From positions 1-55,991 of the forward strand of contig JBBTWO010000007.1 in the NCBI GenBank assembly GCA_038062745.1: a DNA stretch of 55,991 nt. The letters are read 5' to 3'. The notes under the pieces are model-generated. The model was not told where the DNA came from. It worked only from the letters and a program-made list of their open reading frames with translations, and did no database searches. Made by a program: the position numbers and the translations under genes. Positions 42,023-51,621 of this stretch are shown in pieces (positions within the stretch are counted from its first letter, which is position 1; every line of letters starts with the position of its first letter). The DNA is from Patescibacteria group bacterium. Its GTDB lineage: Bacteria; Patescibacteriota; Microgenomatia; UBA8517.

Positions 42023-43825
42023 ATGGATCAGGTAGAAGAAATTAAATCAAAAACAGATATTGTTGGTGTTATTGGTGAATATGTTCAACTAACAAAAGCT
42101 GGAAGAAATTACAAAGGTGTCTGTCCTTTTCATCAAGAAAGAACGCCCTCGTTTGTTGTGTCTCCAGAACTACAAATTTACAAATGTTTTGGCTGCGCAG
42201 AAAGTGGGGATGTCATAACCTTCGTTGAAAAATTTGAAGGCTTGGAATTTTACGATGCCCTAAAAACTCTGGCCGCTAAAGTTGGAATTAAACTTACTCC
42301 CCCAAAGGGAGATAAATATTCTGAGAAAGAAAAATTAATAGAAGCCAATACTATGGCTGCCAAGTTTTATAATTATATCTTGCTTAATCACCAAGAGGGT
42401 AAAGAGGCACTTGACTACTTAACCAATAAAAGAAATATAAACCCGGAAACTATCAAGGAATTTAATCTTGGATTTGCGCCTGATAATCCAGACATGCTTT
42501 CTAGGTTTTTAATAAACAAAAAGGGGTTCAATAAATTTGACCTTGAGAAAGCAGGGTTAATTGTTTTCGGCAGAGGAAGAATGTTTGACAGATTCAGGGG
42601 AAGAATCATTTTTCCTCTGTTTGACCACGCAAATACGTGTGTGGGGTTAGCTGGAAGAATCTTGCCTTCAATTGAAGCAAAACTACCCAAAGATCGCCAC
42701 ATTGGAAAATATGTTAATTCTCCCGAAACCCTCATTTATCACAAATCAAAAGTTCTATATGGTTTAAACATTACTAAGAGTGAAATTAAAAAACAGAAAA
42801 TAGCCTTAGTTGTCGAAGGAGAAGTTGATTTTCTGTCAGTTTGGCAGGCAGGCATTAAAAATATTGTTGCCATTAAAGGAACTGCACTAACTGAGCAACA
42901 AATAAAAATCCTGAGCAGGTTTGCAGACACATTAGTTTTGGCACTGGATTCTGATGTAGCAGGGGATGCAGCCAGTAGACGTGGAATTACTATGGCTCAA
43001 GCAGAAGGCTTAAAAGTAAAAGTGTTGAGGCCATCCAGTAAATACAAGGATCCCGATGAGTTTGTTCAAGCTGATCTGGGTGAATTTGAAAAACAAATCG
43101 ACCAAGCAGAAAGCGTCTGGGATTTTATTATTGATTCGACTTTCACAAAATTTGATGGTACAACAGGGGAGGGAAAATCATTTATTAGTCGTGAATTAAT
43201 ACCTGTTTTGGCATCAATCGAAGACAAAATTGTCCAATCTCACTATATAAATTTAGTTGCAAAGAGATTGTCGGTACCTGTGGAGGCTGTAACAACTCAG
43301 ATTTCAAAATTGGGCAATGTTGCCACCGTAAAAGAGTCAAAGGAAGATGTTTTTGAGACACCACAACCAACAGTCACTAAGCAAACCAGTAGGCAACAAG
43401 CGCTTGAGGAGCGATTTTTATCTTTGTCTTTTCAAAAAAGTCCCCAGACTTTAATTGACAACATTGATCTTTTTTCAGATTCCAAAACTGCTAAGGTGGT
43501 TGGGAGCCTAAAAGAATATTTAGCCAAAGCCAAAGAATTTAATTTAAAAGCATTTATAGGCTTTTTGCCAAGTGAGTTGAGTGGTTGGTTTTCAGAGTTG
43601 GTATTGAGTGGAACTCGGGAAGTCGATGAAGATCAAATACAGGTAGAAAAGGAAGTTGACATGATTGTTAAAGAACTTAAAATCTCAACTCTCAAAAACG
43701 ATTTGGAAAATTTAGCCGCCCAAATCTCTCAAACAGAAGACACAGGTAAGGATGACAAAATGCAGGAATTAACCAAACAATTTTCAAATATTTCTGCAAA
43801 ATTGGCCAAAATTACCGAAGAATAA
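42023..43825 (+). CDS. dnaG: DNA primase DnaG
   Basis: 600 aa. The CHC2 zinc finger is CPFHQERTPSFVVSPELQIYKCFGCAESGDVITFV. A TOPRIM region is present (LVVEGEVDFLS..LALDSDVAGDAA). Confidence 0.93.
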   Translation: MDQVEEIKSKTDIVGVIGEYVQLTKAGRNYKGVCPFHQERTPSFVVSPELQIYKCFGCAESGDVITFVEKFEGLEFYDALKTLAAKVGIKLTPPKGDKYSEKEKLIEANTMAAKFYNYILLNHQEGKEALDYLTNKRNINPETIKEFNLGFAPDNPDMLSRFLINKKGFNKFDLEKAGLIVFGRGRMFDRFRGRIIFPLFDHANTCVGLAGRILPSIEAKLPKDRHIGKYVNSPETLIYHKSKVLYGLNITKSEIKKQKIALVVEGEVDFLSVWQAGIKNIVAIKGTALTEQQIKILSRFADTLVLALDSDVAGDAASRRGITMAQAEGLKVKVLRPSSKYKDPDEFVQADLGEFEKQIDQAESVWDFIIDSTFTKFDGTTGEGKSFISRELIPVLASIEDKIVQSHYINLVAKRLSVPVEAVTTQISKLGNVATVKESKEDVFETPQPTVTKQTSRQQALEERFLSLSFQKSPQTLIDNIDLFSDSKTAKVVGSLKEYLAKAKEFNLKAFIGFLPSELSGWFSELVLSGTREVDEDQIQVEKEVDMIVKELKISTLKNDLENLAAQISQTEDTGKDDKMQELTKQFSNISAKLAKITEE

Positions 43826-43827
43826 GC

Positions 43828-43856
43828 TTGACGGAAGCTGAAAAAATGGTATTATA
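43828..43856 (+). promoter_or_regulatory. Sigma-70-type promoter candidate for rpoD
   Basis: TTGACG lies at 43828-43833. A 16-17-nt spacer precedes TATTAT/ATTATA at 43850-43856. Confidence 0.4.
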
Positions 43857-43926
43857 GATTTAATCAAAGAACGAGGCGAGAAGACACTCGCCTTACGTTG
43901 AAAACGATACCCAGGGAACCCTGGGT

Positions 43927-45030
43927 ATGTTTGCGTTAGACACAATACTAATGCTAAGAAAAGCAACTGAGGAATTACTTAAGAAGGGTCGGGAACAAGG
44001 ATTTTTAACTCAAGAGGATATTTTAGATATCTTCCCCGATGCCGAACACAGACTAGAGGAACTTGACAACCTCTACGAAGCTTTATTGGCAGAAAGTATT
44101 GACGTTTTTGAATCCGTTACTCCAGAAGAAATAGAAACCGACAAACAAGCTCAAGAGCGACTCGAACGCGAAATTGAACTTCTAACAAAACTTGAAGGTG
44201 TGGAGTCTACTGATCCTGTCAGACAATATTTGCGAGAAATTGGGAAAGTGCCACTTCTGGATGCAGAAGAGGAAATAGAACTTGCCAAAGCTTATGAGAA
44301 AGCAAATAAAAAAGCCAAAGATAAACTTACTGAATCGAATCTTCGTTTAGTTGTTTCTATTGCCAAAAAATATATTGGCCGTGGCCTTTCACTTCTGGAC
44401 TTAATCCAAGAGGGAAACCAGGGTCTAATCCGTGCTGTCGAAAAATATGATTGGAGAAGAGGTTTTAAATTTTCCACCTATGCTACGTGGTGGATTAGGC
44501 AAGCCATAACTCGTGCTATTGCTGACCAGGCAAGAACAATCAGAATTCCTGTACACATGGTGGAAACTATTAATAAGTTGTACAGAACTAGCAGAAAATT
44601 AATGCAAGAATTGGGAAGAGAGCCTACACCTGAAGAAATTGGTGCCGAACTTGAGATGGAGGGCGATCGGGTAAGAGAAATTTTCAAGATTGCGCAAGAA
44701 ACAACTTCTTTGGAAGCTCCTGTAGGCGAAGATAAAGAAAGTTTCCTTGGAGACTTTATTCCTGACGATAGTCCTTCTCCTGTGGATCAAGCATCCCGTC
44801 AACTTCTTAAAACTCATTTGGAAGAAGTACTTGGAACCCTGTCAGAACGTGAAGCAAAAGTATTGAAACTTAGGTTTGGTCTTGAAGGCGATGGTCAACC
44901 AATGACTTTGGAACAAGTTGGTAAAGTATTTGGGGTAACTAGAGAACGTATAAGACAAATTGAGGCAAAGGCCTTAAGGAAACTAAGACATCCGGCTCGA
45001 AGAAGAGCCTTGAAAGATTATTTGGAATAA
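43927..45030 (+). CDS. rpoD: Primary RNA polymerase sigma factor (sigma-70 family)
   Basis: 367 aa. Region 2 is [41 protein letters not shown]. Regions 3 and 4 are present ([28 protein letters not shown]). The start could also be the Met at 43951. Confidence 0.93.
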   Translation: MFALDTILMLRKATEELLKKGREQGFLTQEDILDIFPDAEHRLEELDNLYEALLAESIDVFESVTPEEIETDKQAQERLEREIELLTKLEGVESTDPVRQYLREIGKVPLLDAEEEIELAKAYEKANKKAKDKLTESNLRLVVSIAKKYIGRGLSLLDLIQEGNQGLIRAVEKYDWRRGFKFSTYATWWIRQAITRAIADQARTIRIPVHMVETINKLYRTSRKLMQELGREPTPEEIGAELEMEGDRVREIFKIAQETTSLEAPVGEDKESFLGDFIPDDSPSPVDQASRQLLKTHLEEVLGTLSEREAKVLKLRFGLEGDGQPMTLEQVGKVFGVTRERIRQIEAKALRKLRHPARRRALKDYLE

Positions 45031-45048
45031 AATTGTAAGCTTTTCTTC

Positions 45049-46914
45049 ATGGCCATTTTTTTCCTGTTTTATCCCGTTTTATTTTGGAAACTTTTAGAGT
45101 ACAATACCTATAATATTGTAGCCGCAGGCTACAAATGCACACCAATGGTTAGAAAATCAAAACCAAAAACAGCAGTTGGGCAAAGCAGATTTAACAGTTT
45201 TGCCAAAAAATACCTTTTACCGATTCCTGATGTAATCAAAACTTCAACTGGCCTTAATCTTGGTCTGACAGTGTTAGAAGTTGTGGTTGTTTTTGTTGCT
45301 ATTGTGATTTTTCTGCTTTGGAATTCAATTTTTGTGATGGGGATTGTTAAGGGCAACAATGCCTTATTTAGTTACGTGTTGTCTCAATTCTCTTCCCAAA
45401 AACCATACTGGTACTATTGGCTTGCTGGGTTTATCGTGATGGTTGGTTATCTTGTAAGAAAGAACTATGTAAACCTGGCTAAATCAAAATCCAAAAAAAC
45501 AAACAGATTGAAGGCCTTAAAATTGTTTGGCAGCTCACTTTTACTTATAGTGTTGCTTGTAGTCTTTTGTTTAGGAGTTGGTTTTGCAGCCGTATATGCG
45601 GCTGGAGTTGTGCATACCAATATTTTACTTGCCAATATCAATAAAGGTGGAGTAGGAGATGTTGTTTGGGGTAAAGAAAAAATTCAAAGTCGACTTGAGT
45701 CCTTAGACCAAGTACCAATAATTTTAGAGTCTACAAAGGAAAATTTGGACAAAGATATTGCCAATATATATTTGAAGAATTCTGGACTAAGTGATTATTA
45801 TCAAAAACAGGTAATAGCAGTTGTACCAAATTCCTTACTTATTAAAACCTCCATTCCAAAAGATAGTATGTTGATGGTAAAAAACTACCTTTTTGTTAAT
45901 GAAATCAAAGATGATGAAATTCAACAAGTTTCTCCTGTCCTGGGTTACAAATTAGTAAAAGCCCATTTTGGCGGTAAATACATTAAAAGCTATCCAGAGG
46001 TCAAAGTTTTGGGCAGGCAGGATTATTTAAAGTTTAGGGAAGAGCAGATAAATAAAAGAGTAAAGGCTATTGAAGAAGTGCTCGCAGATGTTAAAAAGCA
46101 AGCTGCAGCCGCCAATGGTGCATTAGCAACTGCCAGAGATAAAGTTGCTTATTACGGCAACCTGCTATCAGTTTCTTCGTATGCAAGGGAGGAAGACTAC
46201 AACTATTGTGTAAGTTTGGGTTCATACTATCCAGAATACACACCTTCAACTTGTCGAACCTATGTTGATCAATATTGGAATGCAGTTATCCAAAAAGCAG
46301 AACAAGAAAAAAGGAATTGGGAAGGCAGTCTCGGAGCCAGACAGCGAGAAGCAACCTATTGGAATGGCTTAAGTAGCTACGTTTCTGAAGTTAAAAACAT
46401 TGTTGAAGGCCAAAAAGATACCATTCCATATGAGTTGGGGGTCTTCCACGACGACAACAAAATTGAAATTGCACTGGACGAGACAAATTCCAAATCAATT
46501 TATCCCTATACTGCAACCTTGGTGCATGAATATATGCATTACACCAGCCACGTATCAAACGAGCGAGCGATTCCACTTTTCTTTGAGGAAAGTCTAACTG
46601 AATACTATGCCAGGAAAGTCATTCAAGGAAATACCAATCAAGACAGTCAGGTTGGCTACCCAGTTTTAGTAAAGCTAATTGAGCGTATGTTAGAGAAAGT
46701 GGATGCTAAAAAGCTTGAGGATGTTTATTTCACTAAAGATCAAAAAGCACTTGAGGCTTTGCTTGAGGAGAATTATGGTAAGGAATTTTACGAAAAGAAC
46801 AAGTTGAACTTTGATATCTTACCATTCCTATCAGGGGAGGAGCAGGTAAAAACAGCCAATGAAATAATTGAAAAAATTGGTGGTGAAAAATTCAAAGTCG
46901 AAGACTTCAAGTAA
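45049..46914 (+). CDS. Membrane protein with extracytoplasmic domain carrying an HExxH motif (putative metallopeptidase-like)
   Basis: 621-aa ORF with several N-terminal TM helices. A C-terminal soluble region contains ATLVHEYMHYTSH (HExxH). The true start may be the internal MVRKSKPK (45145). Confidence 0.45.
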   Translation: MAIFFLFYPVLFWKLLEYNTYNIVAAGYKCTPMVRKSKPKTAVGQSRFNSFAKKYLLPIPDVIKTSTGLNLGLTVLEVVVVFVAIVIFLLWNSIFVMGIVKGNNALFSYVLSQFSSQKPYWYYWLAGFIVMVGYLVRKNYVNLAKSKSKKTNRLKALKLFGSSLLLIVLLVVFCLGVGFAAVYAAGVVHTNILLANINKGGVGDVVWGKEKIQSRLESLDQVPIILESTKENLDKDIANIYLKNSGLSDYYQKQVIAVVPNSLLIKTSIPKDSMLMVKNYLFVNEIKDDEIQQVSPVLGYKLVKAHFGGKYIKSYPEVKVLGRQDYLKFREEQINKRVKAIEEVLADVKKQAAAANGALATARDKVAYYGNLLSVSSYAREEDYNYCVSLGSYYPEYTPSTCRTYVDQYWNAVIQKAEQEKRNWEGSLGARQREATYWNGLSSYVSEVKNIVEGQKDTIPYELGVFHDDNKIEIALDETNSKSIYPYTATLVHEYMHYTSHVSNERAIPLFFEESLTEYYARKVIQGNTNQDSQVGYPVLVKLIERMLEKVDAKKLEDVYFTKDQKALEALLEENYGKEFYEKNKLNFDILPFLSGEEQVKTANEIIEKIGGEKFKVEDFK

Positions 46915-46919
46915 AGTGA

Positions 46920-47552
46920 TTAGTCAAGAAATTTAAAAGTGGACATGATCTGGTCAGACAATTCTTTATTTGTCTGGGTTGGTTCTGTAATGTAGATGAG
47001 TAACCAATATCCGTCCTTTACGACTGCAGTTATGAATTTGCTTTTCCTGTCATTTACTTGACCGGCAAATCCAACATAACCATCTAGCGATATGTCTCTT
47101 GCTGTTCCTGGAATTATCAGCCTTGGATCGTTTTTGAAGGTTTGAATATCTGACTGACTTACTTTCTTACCACTTTTTTGATATACAAAGTCCATCAAGA
47201 AAAACTCTTCACCGATTTTATCGTTTTGCAGATAGCCAGTAAATTGATTGGGTTCGAGTTCTGATTCTCCAATAGCTAAGTCTGATGGTGCTTTAAAGGT
47301 TAATTTGAGATTTTCAAACTTTCTTTCTGTCCAGTTTGCTGTTGGTTCTGGTGCAGGAATAACGGCAACTAAAGTTGGCTGTGGTTTATTATCTGAATCT
47401 GGTGTTTGTTTAGCAAATATATATTGATAACCAAAATATCCAAGTCCTGCCAACAATACAACAGCAGCCACCACTATTAGTGCAGGAGAAAATTTTTTGG
47501 AAGTATTAGCTGGGTTTGGTGGTGAGACAAATTGGCCTGTTTGCATAAACAA
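46920..47552 (-). CDS. Membrane-anchored hypothetical protein
   Basis: 210 aa with a single TM helix (ALIVVAAVVLLAGLGYFGY) and a soluble C-terminal domain. Confidence 0.55.
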   Translation of the reverse strand: MFMQTGQFVSPPNPANTSKKFSPALIVVAAVVLLAGLGYFGYQYIFAKQTPDSDNKPQPTLVAVIPAPEPTANWTERKFENLKLTFKAPSDLAIGESELEPNQFTGYLQNDKIGEEFFLMDFVYQKSGKKVSQSDIQTFKNDPRLIIPGTARDISLDGYVGFAGQVNDRKSKFITAVVKDGYWLLIYITEPTQTNKELSDQIMSTFKFLD

Positions 47553-47607
47553 GCATATTGTCTACTAATACAGACACTTGTGCAATATAGCGCCAGTTGT
47601 TGGTGCA

Positions 47608-47632
47608 ATGGTGGACTTGTGTTAGAACCTAC
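47608..47632 (+). repeat. Intergenic motif copy R0 (partial): ATGGTGGACTTGTGTTAGAACCTAC
   Basis: It shares the TGGAC-n-GTTAGAA(CCTAC) core with R1, R3 and R4. Confidence 0.55.
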
Positions 47633-47673
47633 TTGTGATGACCAAACTGGCTTGAAAGTGTATAATTAACTAT

Positions 47674-47904
47674 ATGGTTAATTTGCCGCAGTGTATCTCA
47701 AAATTTTTTTGGGGAGATAAATTGGAAGAGCTAGATTGGGAGAAACATAAAAACTACATTGCCAGAACAATTCTTGAGAGAGGGGATCGGGATGCTGTAA
47801 AGTGGCTTTTGGAGAAGGTAGACACCAACTATATTAAAAATTTATTGAAAGCAAAAAAAATTGATCTCAAGTCTGCCAATTTTTGGAATATTTATTTATC
47901 ATAA
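47674..47904 (+). CDS. Small protein partnered with the AbiEii-like nucleotidyltransferase (putative antitoxin/partner)
   Basis: 76 aa. It contains FFWGDKLEELDWEKHKNYIARTILERGDRDAVKWL. It lies 18 nt upstream of the NTase gene. The call is by context. Confidence 0.4.
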   Translation: MVNLPQCISKFFWGDKLEELDWEKHKNYIARTILERGDRDAVKWLLEKVDTNYIKNLLKAKKIDLKSANFWNIYLS

Positions 47905-47922
47905 CAATTTAATTATCTTGTA

Positions 47923-48540
47923 ATGTTTACAAACACACTTCCAGGTAACACTTCAACGGTACTTCAAAGACTCAAAAGTGTTTTTTTGGTAAAAGATTTT
48001 TATTTAACTGGCGGAACAGCATTATCTTTACAAATCGGTCACAGAGAATCACAAGATTTAGATTTTTTCAGCCAAAACGATTTTGAGCCAGAGTTAGTTC
48101 AAAAGCAGTTGGAGGCAATCGGTAGTTTGGAAAATGTTGAAATTGGTAAAGGCACTTTGAATTGCTTTTTGGATAATGTAAAACTTCAATTTCTTCATTA
48201 CCCTTATCAACTACTAGAGCCAAATATTCACTGGGAAGGTATTCAAATTTCAACAAAACTAGACATTGCTTGTACAAAATTGATAACAGTCTCAGTAAGA
48301 GGCAGTAAAAAGGATTTTATTGATATCTATTTTTTGTTAAGGGAATTTGATTTAAGAACGTTATTCGAGAAACTAAAGAAAAAGTATCTAAAAACAAATT
48401 ACAATGAAACGCACATTTTAAAGTCTTTAGTCTATTTTGTAGATGCAGAGGAGCAACCATTGCCTCGAATGCACATCGAATTAAGCTGGGAAGAAGTAAA
48501 AGAAAATATTATAAATAAAGTTAAAAACTTCGAAATATAA
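47923..48540 (+). CDS. Nucleotidyltransferase, AbiEii/AbiGii (DUF1814)-like toxin family
   Basis: 205 aa. The segment FYLTGGTALSLQIGHRESQDLDFFS is the typical N-terminal NTase motif of this family. Confidence 0.6.
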   Translation: MFTNTLPGNTSTVLQRLKSVFLVKDFYLTGGTALSLQIGHRESQDLDFFSQNDFEPELVQKQLEAIGSLENVEIGKGTLNCFLDNVKLQFLHYPYQLLEPNIHWEGIQISTKLDIACTKLITVSVRGSKKDFIDIYFLLREFDLRTLFEKLKKKYLKTNYNETHILKSLVYFVDAEEQPLPRMHIELSWEEVKENIINKVKNFEI

Positions 48541-48543
48541 TCG

Positions 48544-48574
48544 GCTCCACCTGATGGACAAAATTAGAACCTAC
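48544..48574 (+). repeat. Intergenic motif copy R1: GCTCCACCTGATGGACAAAATTAGAACCTAC
   Basis: It sits between the convergent stops of 47923..48540 and 48571..49749. Confidence 0.6.
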
Positions 48575-49749
48575 AATATTGACCCCGCCCAAGTATAATT
48601 TGTAAATTTTGGAGATTTGTGTCTGCCTATTAATAGCGAAGTGTTGATTTTCGCAATTGAAGATATTTGTCTCAAACTAGATAGGTCTTGTTCAACAGGG
48701 GTTTCTTTTGCTTCGATTGCAAGCTGGCTATCTAAAATAAAATCGATCTCATGACCAGTTTTCAAGGCATAATATTGGATTTGACCTAGTTTTGTGAGTT
48801 GATTATAAAGGGTATTTTCAAATTGAGCGCCACTTGATAATTCAGCTAAGACGTTTGCGAGGCCAGTATCACAAAAATACAGTTTTTTTGCCTTTACTAT
48901 TTCCCGATCAATACTGTTTGTATAAACAGGAACAGTAGTTATAAGATAGGTTTTTTCAAAAAAAGAAATATAGTTTGTAATTGTTGGACGGGACAATCCT
49001 GTAAGTTGGGATAATTTAGTATATTCAACTCGACTACCAATTCTTCCAGCAAGTAGCTTGGCTAAAGAATATAAGTTTCTTTCGTCAGAAAAATCAGCTA
49101 AAGATCTAATATCAATATTTACATATGAAGACATAATATCTAAAAGCAAATCTTTTTTATCTTTTTCTGAACTGGCAAGGACGACTTGGGGAAAACCACC
49201 AAATCTAACAAAATCTTCATAGTATGAAGACAGACGATTGTATTCTGAATTATTAAAATGATCTTTTTGCCAATTAATGGGAGAATGGGGGATTTCTTTA
49301 AAGTCAAGGTATTCCCCAAAATCCAAGGGGAATAATTCAAAGACCTTTTTTCTTCCAGAAAGAGATTCCGAAAACAAGTTTTTGAGATAATACGAACTTG
49401 ATCCTGTAACAATAAATTTAATATTGTGATGATCTGAAAGATATTTAATTGCAGAAGGACTGTCTGGAACAAGTTGTATCTCATCAAGAGCAATAATCAT
49501 AGGTTTGTCTGCAGACAAACCTTGGGATATAAAAGCTTCTCTGATTGCCTCATAATTTTTCTGACTAAATAACTCACGATTATCCGGTCTCTGTAAGTCA
49601 AGGTACAGGGAGTTTTTGTTTGGTAAATCTAATAAGAGTTGCCCGACTAGCGTTGTCTTGCCTGTCCGTCTCATGCCCGTAAGAACCGTGACTAACGGTT
49701 TTTGAGCGTGAATTAATAGCTCGGGATAGATTTTTCGAGTATAGAACAC
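48571..49749 (-). CDS. AAA+ ATPase of the AAA_14/DUF4143 type (second copy)
   Basis: 392 aa. Walker A is LTGMRRTGKTTL and Walker B-like is IIALDEIQLVPD. The C-terminal segment ..YYALKTGHEIDFILDSQLAIEAKET.. is the D...E.K tail. Confidence 0.75.
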   Translation of the reverse strand: MFYTRKIYPELLIHAQKPLVTVLTGMRRTGKTTLVGQLLLDLPNKNSLYLDLQRPDNRELFSQKNYEAIREAFISQGLSADKPMIIALDEIQLVPDSPSAIKYLSDHHNIKFIVTGSSSYYLKNLFSESLSGRKKVFELFPLDFGEYLDFKEIPHSPINWQKDHFNNSEYNRLSSYYEDFVRFGGFPQVVLASSEKDKKDLLLDIMSSYVNIDIRSLADFSDERNLYSLAKLLAGRIGSRVEYTKLSQLTGLSRPTITNYISFFEKTYLITTVPVYTNSIDREIVKAKKLYFCDTGLANVLAELSSGAQFENTLYNQLTKLGQIQYYALKTGHEIDFILDSQLAIEAKETPVEQDLSSLRQISSIAKINTSLLIGRHKSPKFTNYTWAGSIL

Positions 49750-49846
49750 TGTAAGTCACACTTTACAGAAAGTTATACTTTTTGTCAAGTACAATTTTTC
49801 CAGCCTCGCTTTATATATGGTTATGGGGAATAAAAAGTAAAAATTA

Positions 49847-49870
49847 GCTCCCCCTAAAGGACTTATTCTG
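49847..49870 (+). repeat. Intergenic motif copy R2 (degenerate): GCTCCCCCTAAAGGACTTATTCTG
   Basis: It aligns by eye with the first ~20 nt of R3/R4 with several mismatches. Confidence 0.35.
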
Positions 49871-49935
49871 CAACAAAAAGATTGAGTTTGAAATTGAATT
49901 AGCAGAACTGAAGATTCTAAGTTTTATTTAAGAAA

Positions 49936-50637
49936 TTATTCTTCAAGACCTTTTATTGATTTCACTATTTTATCCACTTCAATTAGGAGAGTTTGATCTG
50001 GATTACCTAATATTTTAGGATTAAGCAAAAGAAGACCACCAAAGAGGCCTTCTGGATCCACTTCTTTGGGTGTATATTCATTTAGATACATGCCAGTACC
50101 GCGGTAGCAAGTTTTACCATCCTCTTGTTCTACTGATTTACTATAAAAGTAGCCATTATTATCTTTTAAGCGATACCAACTATTTCCTATATCAGTAGAT
50201 TCATCAATCTCACAACTATATGCATTATTATCGGAAGCAACTCCAAATATAAAATCAATAATAACACCATTTTTAGAAAGTCTAACTCCCATTGTTCTTT
50301 CATAACCCTCTATTGGTGCATTTTTTGCATGTCTATATGTAAAACCTATGGTATCTTTCTCACCAAATTGCTTTATGGAAGTGCTCCATGAGGATGGAAT
50401 ACTGATATCAAAACCCGGAAGGTATTCATGGGGAAATGTTACATCTGTTGAAACTTTGATTTTGTGAGTATTAATTGATTCTGATGACCCATTATATACA
50501 ATGGCTTCATTTTGATTAACATCTTGATAGGTTTGGGTTGGTTTATAAGTAGAATATAGAGCAAATCCTGCTACTAAAACTATTAATATTATTATTATAA
50601 CCAGTATTACACCGAAGCCTTTTTCGTTCTTGCGCAT
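49936..50637 (-). CDS. Membrane-anchored hypothetical protein
   Basis: 233 aa with one N-terminal TM helix (FGVILVIIIILIVLVAGFALY). No motif recognised. Confidence 0.55.
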   Translation of the reverse strand: MRKNEKGFGVILVIIIILIVLVAGFALYSTYKPTQTYQDVNQNEAIVYNGSSESINTHKIKVSTDVTFPHEYLPGFDISIPSSWSTSIKQFGEKDTIGFTYRHAKNAPIEGYERTMGVRLSKNGVIIDFIFGVASDNNAYSCEIDESTDIGNSWYRLKDNNGYFYSKSVEQEDGKTCYRGTGMYLNEYTPKEVDPEGLFGGLLLLNPKILGNPDQTLLIEVDKIVKSIKGLEE

Positions 50638-50679
50638 ATCTTTATCAATGTTATCACTTTTCAGTTAACAATCGATTTT

Positions 50680-50706
50680 GCTCCACCTAATGGACTACGT
50701 TAGAAT
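50680..50706 (+). repeat. Intergenic motif copy R3: GCTCCACCTAATGGACTACGTTAGAAT
   Basis: It is identical to R4 at 26 of 27 positions. Confidence 0.85.
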
Positions 50707-50712
50707 TTTTAA

Positions 50713-51534
50713 TTAGTTCTCTGGTCCAGTTTTTGCATAAGTATATGAAACCCACAAATAATCTTCTGGCATGATTTTTTTATCCAATGCATTTGGATCT
50801 GAAAAACCATTTAGTCTGATATCAAGTTTTTTGTCTTTAGTACTACAAAATGTTTGTTTTGTTTCAGTTACTAAACATTCTTTTGTAAGTTTCATTGGTA
50901 AGGTGTTTAAAAAATTACCCCAAGTAACTCCGCGCTTCCTAATATGTACAATACGTGGATCCTGAGATTGGATGAATACATCAGGAGACTGATTGTGATA
51001 TTTGGGAGATGAAAAATCCCTTTCTGTACCAAAAGTTTCAATTCCCCAAAAAGCATAAAAACTGACTTCAGTAGAGCGTCTTTCCAGTTCGGTGACTGCT
51101 TCAACTATCTGTGCAGGGCTCCAATGATTGTATATCCAAAGAGTATATGCTGCAGTTGAGATGTGCCAAGTAATATTTCTCAAATTATTGGTATTCTCTT
51201 TTACATGAGTCTTGGCAATATGGGATGAAATATTTAGCTTCTGATATTTTCTATTGCAACTATGATCTCTTGGATATTTTGTTCCACAGTATGAAGAAAT
51301 TACAAAAACCCAAGGAGTAAAGTATTGGTTTTTATCAGTTTTCTTTCCATATTGTTCCCAATAGCGTTCTGACTGTTCACCATTTAAATGTTTGTAGTTG
51401 TTAAAATCCGGATTCTTACCTACAACGGAAAGTCCGTAAAAGTATAGAAAGTAGGGGGAGAGGGCAATAATGACCAAAGTAAAAAGAATAGTGAAAATTA
51501 TTAATGTTGAGGCCTTCTTTTTTGCAAATTTCAC
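50713..51534 (-). CDS. Membrane-anchored hypothetical protein
   Basis: 273 aa with a GTG start and one N-terminal TM helix (LIIFTILFTLVIIALSPYFLYFYGL). No motif recognised. Confidence 0.55.
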   Translation of the reverse strand: MKFAKKKASTLIIFTILFTLVIIALSPYFLYFYGLSVVGKNPDFNNYKHLNGEQSERYWEQYGKKTDKNQYFTPWVFVISSYCGTKYPRDHSCNRKYQKLNISSHIAKTHVKENTNNLRNITWHISTAAYTLWIYNHWSPAQIVEAVTELERRSTEVSFYAFWGIETFGTERDFSSPKYHNQSPDVFIQSQDPRIVHIRKRGVTWGNFLNTLPMKLTKECLVTETKQTFCSTKDKKLDIRLNGFSDPNALDKKIMPEDYLWVSYTYAKTGPEN

Positions 51535-51549
51535 ACTTATATTATATCA

Positions 51550-51576
51550 GCTCCACCTAATGGACTATGTTAGAAT
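51550..51576 (+). repeat. Intergenic motif copy R4: GCTCCACCTAATGGACTATGTTAGAAT
   Basis: It is identical to R3 at 26 of 27 positions and lies 16 nt from the start of 50713..51534. Confidence 0.85.
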
Positions 51577-51621
51577 CTTCTTGATAAATGGAAACACCAG
51601 GGGATATTTTTCAGCTTAAAC

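Noticed and set aside
49140-49493. 117-aa minus-strand ORF nested in the DUF4143 ATPase gene
   Set aside because: It is an out-of-frame overlap within 48571..49749, which has clear Walker motifs. The nested translation is low-complexity.
47608-51576. Interpreting the repeated ~27-nt motif as integron attC sites (a cassette array)
   Set aside because: The motif contains GTTAGAA, which only approximates the GTTRRRY core. I could not find a paired inverse core with the internal L/R complementarity of attC. There is no intI gene or attI, and gene orientations are mixed.
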